A stretch of 64,000 nucleotides of DNA from Trichosphaerium sp. ATCC 40318 (taxonomy: Eukaryota; Protista; Tubulinea), in the NCBI GenBank assembly GCA_038496445.1, contig JALMLS010000275.1, positions 27,159 to 91,158 on the forward strand, written 5' to 3'. Both the position numbers and the translations under genes were made by a program. Within the stretch, counting starts at the first letter, position 1. Every line of letters begins with the position of its first letter. Below, one piece after another: positions 38,876 through 52,647 of the stretch. The notes beneath the pieces are model-generated. The model was not told the DNA's origin, did no database searches, and was given only the letters and a program-made list of their open reading frames with translations.

Positions 38876-39539
38876 AAAGAAAACTTTGTATAAAGCAGCC
38901 ATCTCAACAAAAAAACAGTTAACATTATTTCACAAGTGTGAATACAAAAGCTATGTTCAACAAAAGATAATTTATTTGTGTTACGTTTTTGCGGGACGTT
39001 GTGCACAATTGTGTTGTTCTCTCCAAGCACCTGAATCGTCATATGTTTTGAGGTATACCTGCTAACTACCGGACACGGTACCATCTAAGTATGTTGGCAT
39101 TATGGCCGATAAAATGTTTCGGGATTGTGTTACCAAATCCTTTGTCGGCTCTTTCCTTAATTTTTTGGTATGTAAGCGGAACTTAAGACCTGCATGCAGC
39201 GAATAATTGTCACAAGAAAACTCAAAGTCTTACTCCAAAAGATGCAGGGTTTATTGTTTCTTTCCGAAGTCGTAACCGTAGCTTGTTTTATCATCCCCGA
39301 ATTCGCCCAACAAACCCGAATTTGACAGCCAAAACAGTTGTGCTCCACATACGCAATTTTTTGGTAATCTAAAGGAAAGTCGTTATTCGCTTGGCAAAGA
39401 ATGACATGGGGCCATCAGGAGTAAATAACTCTCATGGCCCATAAAGTTCCAAAATCTCCGAAAAGTTGACAGCTTTTGGACCTGTTTTGACTTTCATTAC
39501 AATAACAACATTCCATAAACAGCATCTCTCGCTCACGCA

Positions 39540-40880
39540 ATGACTACTACCTCAACAATAGCTTCCATCGTACTATTTTCTCTAATATGTATGACACTTG
39601 CACAACAAATAACAAAGGATACCGATTGGCAACTAACAGCTGATACCACTGGCGGTTCCTTGCGTGTTACAAGCTTAAAGCGTTTCTTTAATGGATTATG
39701 GTACTCTTCCCTTGAAATCAACAAGGATAAGACTAGCGGCAACTTGAACTACATCTCAGGAGGTACGTTGATCAAACTGTTTGTTATTTTGTTCGATGAC
39801 ACTAAACTTCTCAAAGCAAGTGCTGCTCCGCTTCTCGGCTCTGCAATTGCTCATTTCCCAGCTGCTACTCTTGGATTCTTTGGTGCTCAAGTAACTGTAG
39901 AAGAACCAACGCAAGATGACGTAAGTGCGAACAACTCTAATGTTCTTATTAATTCATAGCCTTTTAAACTTGAAGTTGACCTTGCTGCTGGTTTTATGGC
40001 CACTTCTTTCTACAAACTAGAAGAAAAAAATACTACTGGACACGTCGTCGATGAGTTCTTTCTAAACGTACAAGTTCAAAGTCACGTTTTTCGTTTAGTA
40101 CTAAACACGTGATTAGAGAAACAACTACCAACTTACAGATGTTGGACAACAAGATTCTCTTAAATGGGCAACATACACTGCTAGATTGGTAAGAAGAGGA
40201 GGTCTTATCCCACCTGATACTGATTACCGCGGTGACCTTGCTATTACGTTCATGATTTCTGACGCAGCCGGAACATCCAACTTTAACACACAAGTCGGCC
40301 CTACAACACTTGTACGTTAAGTGGTTTTTTTTTTAGTTGTCTTATCAGATTTTTCTTAACTATCCTAATAGGAGAGTATCATTCAAATTTCAGGATACCA
40401 ATACGCTGATCCTTCTAATAGCTTAGTTCTTATTATGGGTGTTGCATCTGGAAGTGCTTCTTGGGAAGGTGAAGTTGGAGTTGTAACACAACAAACAACA
40501 GATAATCCTGTATTTTTTAAAGTCGCCAAAGAAGCCGTTTACAATTTAGAAACTAAGCCAGTACGTTTGGAGGTTTTTTTCAGTATCACACAATATGTGG
40601 CATACTCTAATAGTTTTCAAAGGTTAAGGTATCAGCTTTCAAGACAGCTACATTCGAAGCTGCTTTTGGTAACAACGTTCAGCTTGAGGCTCAATTAAAA
40701 TCAAAATTCAATGCAGCTTGGGAAGCTAGGATTGTCGAGGTTGAGTTTGATGCAGGTGCTGATTTAATAACTTACGATCCAACTCTTGGAGCGGGAGTTG
40801 ATGATTCTGAAACATCCAATGCTTTCATAAACAGTGGTTTATTACTGTTACTTGCAATTGTTGTCGCCTTATCACTTTAA
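39540..40880 (+). CDS. Secreted, probably GPI-anchored beta-sandwich surface protein
   Basis: Signal peptide MTTTSTIASIVLFSLICMTLA; ITYDPTLG; hydrophobic tail SNAFINSGLLLLLAIVVALSL*. Confidence 0.75.
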
Positions 40881-42032
40881 ATAAACTCTTGATTTACTAT
40901 CAGTTACATGCTTGAGCTCTACATCATTCAACACTACGTGCTTTACTTCATATAAGTACTACACAAGACACACGAGACTCGTGAATTTTAGCCGTGAAAA
41001 ATATCAGTCAAGTGCGTCAAACTAGTAAAGTCTTTTTCTTTTGTCTCATTCGTTAGAGCTTGTTTTGATATTGAAAAATCACGCTCCTTGATACTTTGTA
41101 TTAAAAATAACACGTGTTTTCTTATAATTTTACCTAAAAAAACCCACCAATCAGCTGTTATCTATGTTACACGTTTGTTTTAAAACAGATATTCCACCTT
41201 GTCTTCAGCACCAACTCTTCAAAATATCCCTGCTACAACACCGAATACTCAGAATATGGAAGTAGGAACCAAATGCAGCGCCTTGAATGACAACTTCGAT
41301 TTCCTGCACGAATGAAGAACACAGAAGACGAGAATGAAGAAGACAATGTCAAAGATCCTTCAATATGCCGTTTGCATTTGACCGTAGCACCTAGTGCTTG
41401 AGTTGTCCATTTTTGTACCACTCCTTCCATTCGCCGTTGACAAAAGGGGATACTACTTTCTGTATGCAGTGCGTGCAAAGCGAGCGATAGTAATTCAGTG
41501 CATCTATAACTTTGAGAGCTATTCTCTCGCAGTTGTCGTTTCGCTACGCTTTCATTACGCGACAACTCTTACTATCCCATACGATTGTATTTGATAATGA
41601 GCGGTATCAGTTGTAGTTAATTGTGGTATTTCATGTTATATAAGTTCATCTTTGTAAGCCAAGCACGCTTTTGAGATATTAGACATTTCAAAGTAGCTAT
41701 CTAGTAGACTCAAAGAAATACTCAATCAAGTCTGTACCTATTGAGTGTCACATTACACTTGAATGTTAATACTAGCACTGTCATATTAGCACCATAGCAC
41801 CACATAACCATTATTAACAACAATCAAACATAAACCACGGAGGTACAAGAACTCACCAGAATGTGTTTATAGCCTATATCACAAGTAGGCAAGTGTTACA
41901 TTTACGTAGACTCAAGACAAATAGCTCTTAACTTTTATTGTTATCCATACCACAACCTAAAAATACTTGTGTTCCTGGTTATCAACTAGTTGAAGTTAAA
42001 CAAATTTGTGAGAATAAAAAAAGAAGCCGTCA

Positions 42033-43688
42033 CTAAGCTTTATTTACACTACTTTCTACGACACTGCCCATTTCTACATTCGATTTATTTGATGTGTTCC
42101 CACTCATCTTACTTGAAGTCTTTCTATGTACTCTAGAAGGTAAGAAACTAAGTACTTGTATTACTGAAAGTGCATTAAAGTTAATGACTGCCATAGACCA
42201 ATATGCAAGCTTTGAAAGAGGTTCTGTTCGTACAGCAGGAAATATAATAAAACTCGCTGCTTGTACAACAAGTCCCACCATTATGATTAAGCTAGATATT
42301 ACACGTATCAAAAGTCTTGTTATCATCCCATTAGAACCGGATTTTGACTGTCTAAGACGTTTCCATAGCTTGTATGAGATGATAATTAAATAAATAATGA
42401 TAGAAACATTAGCAGAGGTATGAAATACAGCCGTAGCATAGAGCGTGTATGCGAGATCATACTTTGGAAAGAGAGCTATGCGTACAACTGATAAAAGTGT
42501 TTCAGAGAATACTAGCATACTAGCCAGTACATAGAAAGGTATTGCCATTCTTTGAAGGTAAGGCGTTACTTCTAGGCTGAGAGAAGTCATTGATTCATGC
42601 CAATAAAGAACAATCAACAAATTCGATATATTGGAGAACAAAGTGTAGTACACCTTGAAGACTTCATCATACCTAGATACATGATATTAGCGTTTTGAAG
42701 AGAAACCTATAGTCAACATACCATCCAGGAAGGAAAAATAAGTATCCATGAGGATCTGGAATACACCATGCTAAGCGGAAAATGTTTGCTACAATTTCTA
42801 TTGCAATCCCAACTTTAGGAATTGTGATTTTAAGTCCGTCAATTAGTACGAATTGCATCATCCTAATACGACAAATCAGTGTATAATAGCATTCATGTAA
42901 CAAGAACACACCTTACAATTGCAACAGAAAACGATGCTCCTGATATTAGTACCAAAAACACGTGGATAGCTGATAATAATAATTTGTTAAGACTGGTGCG
43001 ATATTGCAAGAAAGAAGAGAACATACCTATTACCCATGGGCTCATAAAAACGTTGTACCACTCATTCTCACAGTGATTGAAAGTAATTTTCGTCCCTGGT
43101 TTTATAGACTCTACATAACGCTGTCCAAAAATAGGAACTCCGAGATTTTGCAATGCGTCTACACGTGTTTTAATAACGAAAAAAAAAATACGAAATACAG
43201 CCGACCAAAAGCTCTTACCTCCGTTCAGCTTAATAAAGTTGCCTTTGCCAACTCCTAGGTCGCTTATTGAATCAAAATACTCGACAATAGCAACTACGCC
43301 TTGAGATACCCATTTTCTGTACAGTTTTCGGTCTTCAGGGTATCTACCCAGAACAGCGTTCCCTAGTATTTGAATTGAACAGACAGTTTTTTGACACCTT
43401 CTTTGTTTCAGAAGGTTCAGTTGAAAAGTACCTGAAATGTTACTGCTGGTATGTGGCGACACAATCGTGGCGTTAAACGTTGATATTTTAATTTTAGAAT
43501 TTCTGCCGAAGAAATAAGGGATGGCTGCATACTCCGTAGAAGTACCTACATGAACAATTAGTTTTCATGGTTTAACGATAATGTAATTTCTGAAAAAGTT
43601 GTTTTAAACTCTCGCCGTTATGATGTAAAGTAATTTCAGCTGTGGCTATGCATATCAGGGCCAAGATGAGGTGTACTATTGTTAACAT
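42033..43688 (-). CDS. Signal peptide + extracellular domain + 7TM (GPCR-like/THH1-TOM1-like) protein, copy 1
   Basis: MLTIVHLILALICIATA; multiple TM helices; WCIPDPHG; Ser-rich tail. Confidence 0.8.
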
Positions 43689-44429
43689 TTGGGAGTTATA
43701 TAAGCCAAGTTGGTGAACTCCGGTGATTTGAACAACTGCTCCACATATTGGAAATATCATGTGATAAACGCTGGGGTGCTCTCATTGAAACCATGGCTTT
43801 ATTGGAATGATTGTGGTATTATTTAATGGAACTGTGATACGAAACAAATAAGTGCGTTCAAGCGTTGAGGTATGTCATAGCGTAGGTACTTTGGTTCACT
43901 TATTATATTCGCGAAACAAGAAAGAACTCCTTGACTATCCACAAACTAAGTCGGTCTAAACAGGCAAGTCGCATTGGTATTGTTAGAATTTTGCTTTGTA
44001 AACTAAAACAAGCCAAAAACAGTGCCAGTGTTGCAAGCATCGTCAAAAGTAGGAAATCCCAAATATAAGACAAGAGGATACGACAAACATACCCTTGTAC
44101 AATTCGCTATAGAACTACACTGTGACTTTGTCATCAATAGCATGGAAGGATTCAAGAACTATAATTTAGAGAAGCTTGAAATGAACTACTTCCATGCAGT
44201 CAAAAGAGTTGTGAAACTGTAAAACACGTGCAATATTTATTGCTTGACAAAATGTCACGACCATAAGTGTTCTATTCAACAGTTACCAGCCTGAAATGTT
44301 ATAGAACCTAATTTTAGGTTTGAGAGCACGCTTACAAATGTGCATGAATTACCTACAAAAGAGCACATGATTACCAATACAGGCAGAGAATTAATGTTAC
44401 AATATACTCTTTACGAAAATGTGATCAAC

Positions 44430-44795
44430 TAACGCCCTTCCGTTATGAATACAAGCAATATTCATATTCATTGTCCCGTAAGCCATATTCATTAATATTC
44501 ATTCATGAATATTCATGGGCGTTTGGCAGTCAGGAAGTTGAGCAGCTTTTGGTTTGTAGCACCTAGCGATGTTCCAAATGGATAGATTCAACAAGTTGCA
44601 TTTGAAAACCGAATCGGAATAGTCAACAGAACACCAAAACCCACAAATCCAGTCAAAATCAGCCATCAAATTGCACAATTTTCGACCGTTTACTGTTGTG
44701 CATGAATAATGAATGAATTTTTTTAGTCGTGAATATTTGTGAATGTAGGCTGTATTTGAATATTCAAATTATTCATTCATAACGGAAGGGCGTTA
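44430..44795. mobile_element. Non-autonomous hAT-type MITE (366 bp)
   Basis: Perfect 21-bp TIR TAACGCCCTTCCGTTATGAAT; 8-bp TSD TGATCAAC (44422-44429, 44796-44803); subterminal ATTC/GAAT repeats. Confidence 0.92.
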
Positions 44796-44898
44796 TGATC
44801 AACTAGTTGATGTTAAACAAATATGTGAGAAAACAGAAAGCCGTTACTAAGCTTTATTTACACTACTTTCTACGACATTGCTCATTTCTACATTCGAT

Positions 44899-46508
44899 TT
44901 ATTTGATGCTTGCGATGCTCCCACTCATCTTACTTGAAGTCCGTCTATGTGCTCTAGAAGGCAAGAAACTAAGTACTTGTATTACTGAAAGTGCATTAAA
45001 GTTAATGACTGCCATAGACCAATATGCAAGCTTTGAAAGAGGCTCTGTTCGTACAGCAGGAAATATAATAAAACTCGCCGCTTGTGCAACAAGTCCTACC
45101 ATAATTATCAAGCTAGATATTACACGTATCAAAAGTCTTGTTATCATCCCATTAGAGCCGGACTTTGATTGTCTAAGGCGTTTACATAGCCTGTACGAGA
45201 TGATAATTAAATAAACAATGATAGAAACATTAGCAGAGGTGTGAAATACAGCCGTAGCATAGATCGTGTATGCGAGGTCATACTTTGGAAAGAGAGCTAT
45301 GCGTACAACTGATAAAAGTGTTTCGGAGAATACTAGCATACTCGCTAGTACATAGAAAGGTATTGCCATTCTTTGAAGGTAAGGCGTTACTTCTAGGCTG
45401 AGAGAAGTCATTGATTCATGCCAATAAAGAACAATCAACAAATTCGATATATTGGAGAACAAAGTGTAGTACACCTTGAAGACTTCATCATACCTAGATT
45501 GATGATATTAGTATCCTGAAGGGAAACCTATAGCCCACATACCATCCAGGAAGGAAAAATAAGTATCCATGAGGATCCGGAATACACCATGCCAAGCGAA
45601 AAATGTTTGCTACAATTTCTATTGCAATCCCAACTTTAGGAATTGTGATTTTAAGTCCGTCAATAAGTACAAATTGCGTCATCCTAATACAACAAATCAG
45701 TGCGTAACAGTAGTCATCTAACAAGGGGTATACCTTACAATTGCAACAGAAAACGATGCTCCTGATATTAGTACCAAAAACACGTGGATAGCTGATAATA
45801 ATAATTTGTTAAGACTGGTGCGATATTGCAAGAAAGAAGAGAACATACCTATTACCCATGGGCTCATAAAAACGTTATACCACTCATTCTCACAGTGATT
45901 GAAAGTAATTTTCGTCCCTGGTTTTATAGACTCTACATGACGTTGTCCAAAAATAGGAACTCCGAGATTTTCCAATGCGTCTACACGTGATTAACAACGA
46001 AAAAAATAAAATACGAAATAAAGCTCTTACCTCCATTCAGCTTAATAAAGTTGCCTTTGCCAACTCCCAAGTCGCTTATTGAATCAAAATACTCGACAAT
46101 AGCAACAACGCCTTGAGATACCCATTTTCTGTACAGTTTTCGGTCTTCAGGGTATCTACCCAGAACAGCGTTCCCTAGTATTTGAATTGAACAGGCAGTT
46201 TTTTTGGCAGTTTTGACTTTCTTTTTTCAGAAGTTTCAGTTGAAAAGTACCTGAAATGTTACTGCTGGTATGTGGCGACACAATCGTGGCGTTAAACGTT
46301 GATATTTTAATTTTAGAATTTCTGCCGAAGAAATAAGGGATGGCTGCATACTCTGTAGAAGTACCTACATGAACAATTAGCTTACATAATTTATACGATA
46401 ATGAAATTTCTGTAAAAGTTGTTTTAAACTCTCGCCGTTATGATGTAAAGTAATTTCTGCTGTGGCTATGCATATCAGGGCCAAGATGAGGTGTACTATT
46501 GTTAACAT
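44899..46508 (-). CDS. 7TM protein copy 2 (tandem paralog) with a frameshifted, shortened C-tail
   Basis: Near-identical to 42033-43688; net +7 nt near 44905-44920. Confidence 0.8.
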
Positions 46509-47049
46509 TGGGGAGTTGTATAAGCCAAGTGGTGAACTCCGGTGATTTGAAAAACTGCGCCACATAGAAATATCATGTGATAAACGCTGGGGTGCTCTCA
46601 TTGAAACCACTGCTTTATTGGCATGATTGTGGTATTTATGGAACTGTGATATACGAAACAAATAAATGCGTTTTCAAGTGTTGATGTATGTCATAGCGTA
46701 GGTACTTTGGTTCACTGAGTTCACGAGAGAAGAAAGAACTCCTTGACTATACACAAACAAAGTTTATTGAAGGTGTAAGCTTACCGACAGTTGTCGCCAG
46801 AACCAATAAATAGTGGGCTCTTTCTTTATAATTGACTTTGTTGTTGTCCATTAACACATAGGTAGGCGTGCCCGCTTAATGTTAAGAAAGTTGCTTCCCA
46901 TATAATTCTAAAAACTACGGGATACATAGTTCTTTTGTTTCCTGACACAACAGCGCATTTATCATTTAATATCTCTAATGGAATCGTTGAGATACTTATT
47001 GAAGTCATATGTTCTGCTCAGATTGTCCAAAAAAACTAAATGATTTGCA

Positions 47050-47167
47050 GCAAGTTCGATGTAAAATGACGTAATGGATTTTTTATTTATTAATAAACGT
47101 TAGCCTAAACTACCTAAGGTACGTTTATTAATAGAAAATCCATTACGTCATTTTACATCGAACTTGC
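47050..47167. repeat. Long inverted repeat (~47-bp stem, 20-nt loop)
   Basis: GCAAGTTCGATGTAAAATGACGTAATGGATTTT..TATTAATAAACGT and its reverse complement at 47121-47167. Confidence 0.93.
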
Positions 47168-48071
47168 GGTTGAACATTAAAACTACAAAGCGACTAATTC
47201 GAATATATTCGAATACATCCGAATATCTCTGTGCGCTGAATAGCTAAAAGGCGACCTATTACACTCCCGAGGAGTTGACCTGAAATAACGCTATTCCGAA
47301 TAGTGTCAACCATCCATGCCACATTTTTTGCATTTTCACTGCTAGATTAAAGAACAGCGGAGATGATTCCGGAAGGTTTTAATTAATAACAGTGAGTTTG
47401 GCTTATTCAGAGAAGGTTGCGATGAACTACATCTGCTCAGTCAAAAAGAGTCATGTAACACGTTTATAAAACATAAAACACGTGCATAGTTAATTTTTTA
47501 TTTCCTGACAAAATGTCAACGACACAAGTGTTCTATTCAACAGTTACCACCAGAGACTTTGGTGCATACTCTACGTAATTTGCGGAGGAAACATTGCATT
47601 AGAACCTGTGCAGTATCTCATATGAAAGGTATCCAATCAAACATCAAAAGGCAAATTAATCTGGGTTGGACTACAAATGGTACCTACACCAACTTGCTGG
47701 GTACTCAATCTTGTAGTAGCAAATAGACAACAACTGAACCGTAAGTTACCCTAGGTTGCTAACTAAGGTAAAAGCTGCAATGACTTTACAGGTGTATTTG
47801 AGTACTGACGGTTCATGTGCAATGAGATGCAACTGCACCCTTATATGCCGAACTTATGAGTGTTGTAGTAACATATTACTTGAATTCCAACAGGCACCAG
47901 CGTGAGTCTCCAAGAAACATAAAAAAAACCCAAAGTCAAGTATTGTAACAAAGATATTTATAATACATCTAAACAAAGCTACTATTTTACAGAGTTGTGT
48001 ATGTACAAGTTTTAAAAAATGGTATTTCCTTTTATCTTCCTTTCTTTTTTGTGAACAAAGTATTTTCAAGT

Positions 48072-51000
48072 TCAAGGCGTGGGTGTTACTACAAGAAAAC
48101 GTCTTCGTGAAGACTTTGATAATGTTCGTTTTGTAACACCTTTAGGTAATACTTTCTTAGGTTCTTTTTTCTCTGTACGTGGTGTTCTAACAACACGTTC
48201 ACATACATTAATAGCTAAGCACAAGAGTAAGCAAAAAACAAAGGACAACAACAAATTAAAAAAAAACGGAATAAAAGAAGAATGATGGTAAAAGTCAGAG
48301 GTGATAAGAATACATCAAACACGTGCTCTGTATTTTGTATTACGTACGTTTTGGCACATTACCAAGGCGTTCTATTTCACGTGCTAGAAAGTCTGCACCG
48401 TTTACAGCATTCTCAGTATTAGCATGAAACTGTAATTCAGTTTCACGAAGAGCTTGAGAACTTTGTTTCTTTGTTTTGAAAGGAGATAACTTTGCAGCTT
48501 TCTTTTTAATTCCTTCCATCACTGTTCGTGATTGCGTTGTTCCACGAGACTATAATAAGTCAGAAAAAGTCCAAGAAAACAAAAGCCAGGCTTGAACTTT
48601 CAACAATACAATAAAAAGCAAAGTGACTATCAATAAGGCTCAGGAAGGACACGCAAATGCCCTTACAGAAAAATCCGCGACAATGCAACAATGAGGTACA
48701 GTAAAAGCGCAAGGAGGTTTTCGTGATCAAAAAAAATAGGCACGTGCCCAAACAAAGCATAAAAAAATTGCAACGTACTTTCTTTGGTTGTTGTACAGAC
48801 GGCTGCATAGCTGCTATCCTATCTCTATTTTCAGCTAATAACTGTTTTAATTGCATAGCTGTGAAACTCGCTTTTTCCCATTCCCACTAAAAGAGGTGTT
48901 AACTATTACAGAAACTAAGAAAAAGAAAAAGGTAGCTTACTCCGCCTTCACCGACTAACCAAGGTCCACGTGGTTGTGGTTTTTTCAAAGCGGTCCACTT
49001 TTCTTCTTCATCAACAAAGAGTTGATAGTGTAAGCGTTGTGCTGAAGGAAATAATGTTAACAACAAAATAACATAATATGTCAAACGAGTTAGTGAGTTA
49101 ATTAATGTGTACCTTTCTTTGTTGCTCCGCCTTTTGATTCAAAAATAGAATTTACAGTAGTCTCAAATGTAGTTTGAAATAATGTAAGAGCAGCCGGCTC
49201 TCTAGCACAAATGATAAACGTAGGGACCTAAACAAAAGACACTAAGCCAAATAATAAAAAAAAATAATAAAAAAATGAGAAACTGGAGTTTACCTCTGGA
49301 TTTACAATCTGGAACCAAGCTGCCATTGTGTACTGATATAAAACGTGAGTAAAACAATAAGAAAAGGTGACAAAAAAAACTCTCAGGACAAACCTTTTTA
49401 GAGCTAAACCAACGCGTGTTATTGTAACACTTTGGAGGTGTTGTTACAAAATTACGCGTTGACACAGATCTATCCTTCTCAGGAGAGAATATAGAGTCTT
49501 CTAAATGATCATCCAAATGATCTATTTGCCTAGTATCAATAGCAGTTGTGTTTCTCCTTTGAAGGTCATGATTTGTTGGACTTTCTGGTATTCTTTGTGC
49601 TTCATCTGTTCTGGGAGGTTGTTTTTGCAAAAAAGTATTCCAAAGCTCAGGGAAACCTAACGCTTCGTATTTCTTTGATTGTGGATCAAATACGGTAATC
49701 AACATACGGTCCCTAAATAATAGTAATAGATGAGCACGTGCGATTGCGGATACTACAAAAGAAAAGTATGAAAGTACGTACGAGAATATGTAAATCTTGG
49801 CTTTTCTAAGTTTTCCGTTATCCATCACAAGTTCAAACTCTTGCTCAGATACAAACACACGTGAAGGAGAAATAAGTGTTTTCTATCATAAGATAAGTAT
49901 TTCATGATGTTTACAAACGATCAGGTTTCTAATACGTACCTCTGTAAGAGGTAATACTTCTTGTATTCGTAAAGTCTTGTTATATATTTCTGTTAGTTTG
50001 AAAGAACTTTCTATCTTTTTTAAGGCATCATTAATATCATTAGCCGTCTTTGATACAATATCTAAAGCATCCTTCAAGTGAGAATAGTCTAATACATAAC
50101 ATTAAAACCCACAATAGACATTTGAAAGTCAGGAAAAAATGATATTTACCAGGGTGCATTTTTGGAGTGTACTTCAACAAACTCTCCAAGAGAAGACGAT
50201 ACCTCGGTATACCTGCATTTAACATTAGCGATTTCATACAAATGTTTAACATACGTTGTACTGGCATAATTAAAAAATCGTGAAGGTCTAAACCTTGGCA
50301 TGCAGGATTCTTGACATTATTCTAGATAGACAACAATAAGTTTTCCAAAAAAAGAAATAAAAATAGCTCTTCACGTGCCTGTAAGAAACTTTTGAATTTA
50401 TAATCTTTCTGCTTCTTGATGACAAAATCAATAGCATTTTCATACTTTGAACAATAATCTGTATACAGCCTCAAAAACGGCACCTTTTCGCGGATAAGAA
50501 CAAGCACCCAAAAAAAAAAAAGTACATTTAATTAAGACAAACTGACGAACGTACTAGTTTAACAAATACTTTCCCAAGCATCTGACTTTGTGGTGAAAAT
50601 TTTTTCCAACGTTTCATTCGCCGTTCAATGTTGTGCAAAAAGTGTTTTTCGTGAAACTAGAGCAGTTAGTATCTTCTCTAACCAACCAAAAACAAGAAAA
50701 AAGGATTCAAGTTACCTTTGCAATAGAATCAAGGTTACTAAATACCAACTTCTCCTCAGCTTCGCTAAGAAGTTTTTTCGAACGCATAGGCTTTTTATAA
50801 CACTAGAAGTAAAGTTAACTTGACATAGTGTAACCAATCAAAGACAAGAATTTTTACGGAAAAATACATACCTTTATGAGGACTTTCAGATTTGTATCGT
50901 AAGTATGCTCCGTGCTTAAAATCTCGCGCGCTGCACAAACTCTTTGCGTGTAGTTCACACTGAGAGGGTTAGACGATGATGAAGTGCATATATCGCGCTT

Positions 51001-51985
51001 AGGTGGTGAAGAAGTGAGCATAGGCGAACTGACAGGGCGTCTGCGCGAGAAATTGTCAATATCAGGTACAGGAGAACACAAAGAGCCCTTATCTTCTCCT
51101 TTAGGTGAAGCCACTTCGTCTGATACTGACATAGATTTAATAGCCGAATCGGACAAGTTTGGTTGTTCAGAGGAAGCAAGCACTTCTGATCCTTCAGTTC
51201 CTTGTTCTTGTGTATCGTTTGACATGCTTTTTTCCTCTGTATCTAAGTCTGGTTGTTCTGAATCCGCCAATGCTTCTTTCTGATTGTTTTTAAAGTGCCG
51301 CAAATTGGATGGCGAACCACGACTGTTTGACGCTAGTTTACGTGACATAGGGGATAGTAGATGATAATCTGGTAGTGGTGGATCGCTCAGATAGGATTCA
51401 GAGTCCAGTGACATGGGCTACAAATAGTAAGCATAACGGCGAGGTGCGAATGGTACTTACATCGTCCTCTCCACGCGCTGATGGTGGTGGCGAAATAACT
51501 ATGCCTGGTGAATTAAAGCCAAACGGCTTTTCTGGGTTTTGTCGTTGTCGTTTGGTGTAGTTGCCGCTACCTCGAGGATATATACTCGGTGGGGATATAG
51601 GTTTTCGGAGACGTTGCTCTTTCGCAACCGATAGTTTTGCGCTTACGTTCGGAGGGGGTGAAGACATTGTCTCGCTTGCAGGCATAGAGGTAGAATTGTG
51701 TCCGCTTTTCGTGTCCATTTTGTCTATATCCTCCTCTGCGTTTGTACTTTTGACTGAGGGCGCGGTTTGTGCCGTTACTTTTTTATTTGGTGGTAGTGGA
51801 GGCGCAATTGGCACATTTTGGGTTGTAACCTTTTTCCAGTATTTAATATGTTCTTCACGATCGAGAACTTTCGAATTTCCGTCTTTTTTGTGCTTTCGTT
51901 TATCGGCAATCTTCTGTCGTTTTGATGGACGCCGTAACCCCTCATAGAAGTTTATGAGCGCTCGTAACCGCTTGTTGCCTGACAT
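48072..51985 (-). CDS. RhoGEF (DH-PH) with a long low-complexity N-terminus
   Basis: REILSTEHTYDTNLKVL, FLRLYTDYCSKYENA, GLDLHDFLIMPVQRIPRYRLLLESLLKYT, INDALK; PH-like exons follow. Confidence 0.92.
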
Positions 51986-52229
51986 CTAGGCTGTTTGCGT
52001 TACTATAACGGTAAATTAAGTTAACACCAAAAATGGTGGGAAAATATGTTTTTTGCGTAGTGATTTACAACCCATTACGTGATTAATCACGTTGCAAGAA
52101 GAATCATGTTGAGTTTAAGTTTTGGTTACAACGTGGTTTAAAATTCAAAAAACTTTCAAAAAAACAACTATACAAGTCAGTCAGTTAACATTCAATTTAT
52201 CAAAATGGCGTATTTGTATTACAATGAAT

Positions 52230-52583
52230 GCGCTTTACACGTTATTAGACCAGTTGGGTCAACGAGTACACTATCTGAGTGCGTACTTCTTTACTTTGTC
52301 GATATTGGCAGCGCTTTCGTTAGTACACCTCTGGGAAATTTCAAGTTCTCTCATCAATGCGTCTGGGGATCTTTTAGTTCTTCCGAGTTGATCTCTTCTA
52401 CAAGGTCACCCTCCTTTTCGGATTCTTGTTTTCGCCCAGTTTGGTAGCCAATGCAGTATTTATACTCCTTGTTATTTCCTACGCACGTATAAGAACAACT
52501 CCCTTACACAGGCGTACAACCCGCAAGAAGTAAAAAAGATTTCCGCCAAAAAAAAAAACCGATTTCGTTTACATACCTTCATA
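52230..52583 (-). pseudogene. Frameshifted paralog of the 52648-53290 gene
   Basis: Homologous intron and exon 2 (EITRSINTALATK..RCTNE) with stops and frameshifts. Confidence 0.65.
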
Positions 52584-52647
52584 ACTAGTCACACGTGCTA
52601 ACAATGCCAATTTACTGTATGTACCAGAATTGTACAATAAAAGTAGG

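Noticed and set aside
44022-47550. Short ORFs 44022-44222 and 46826-47008, and the 44170-44290 / 47410-47550 similarity
   Set aside because: Unrecognisable decayed fragments of the segmental duplication; no function can be supported.
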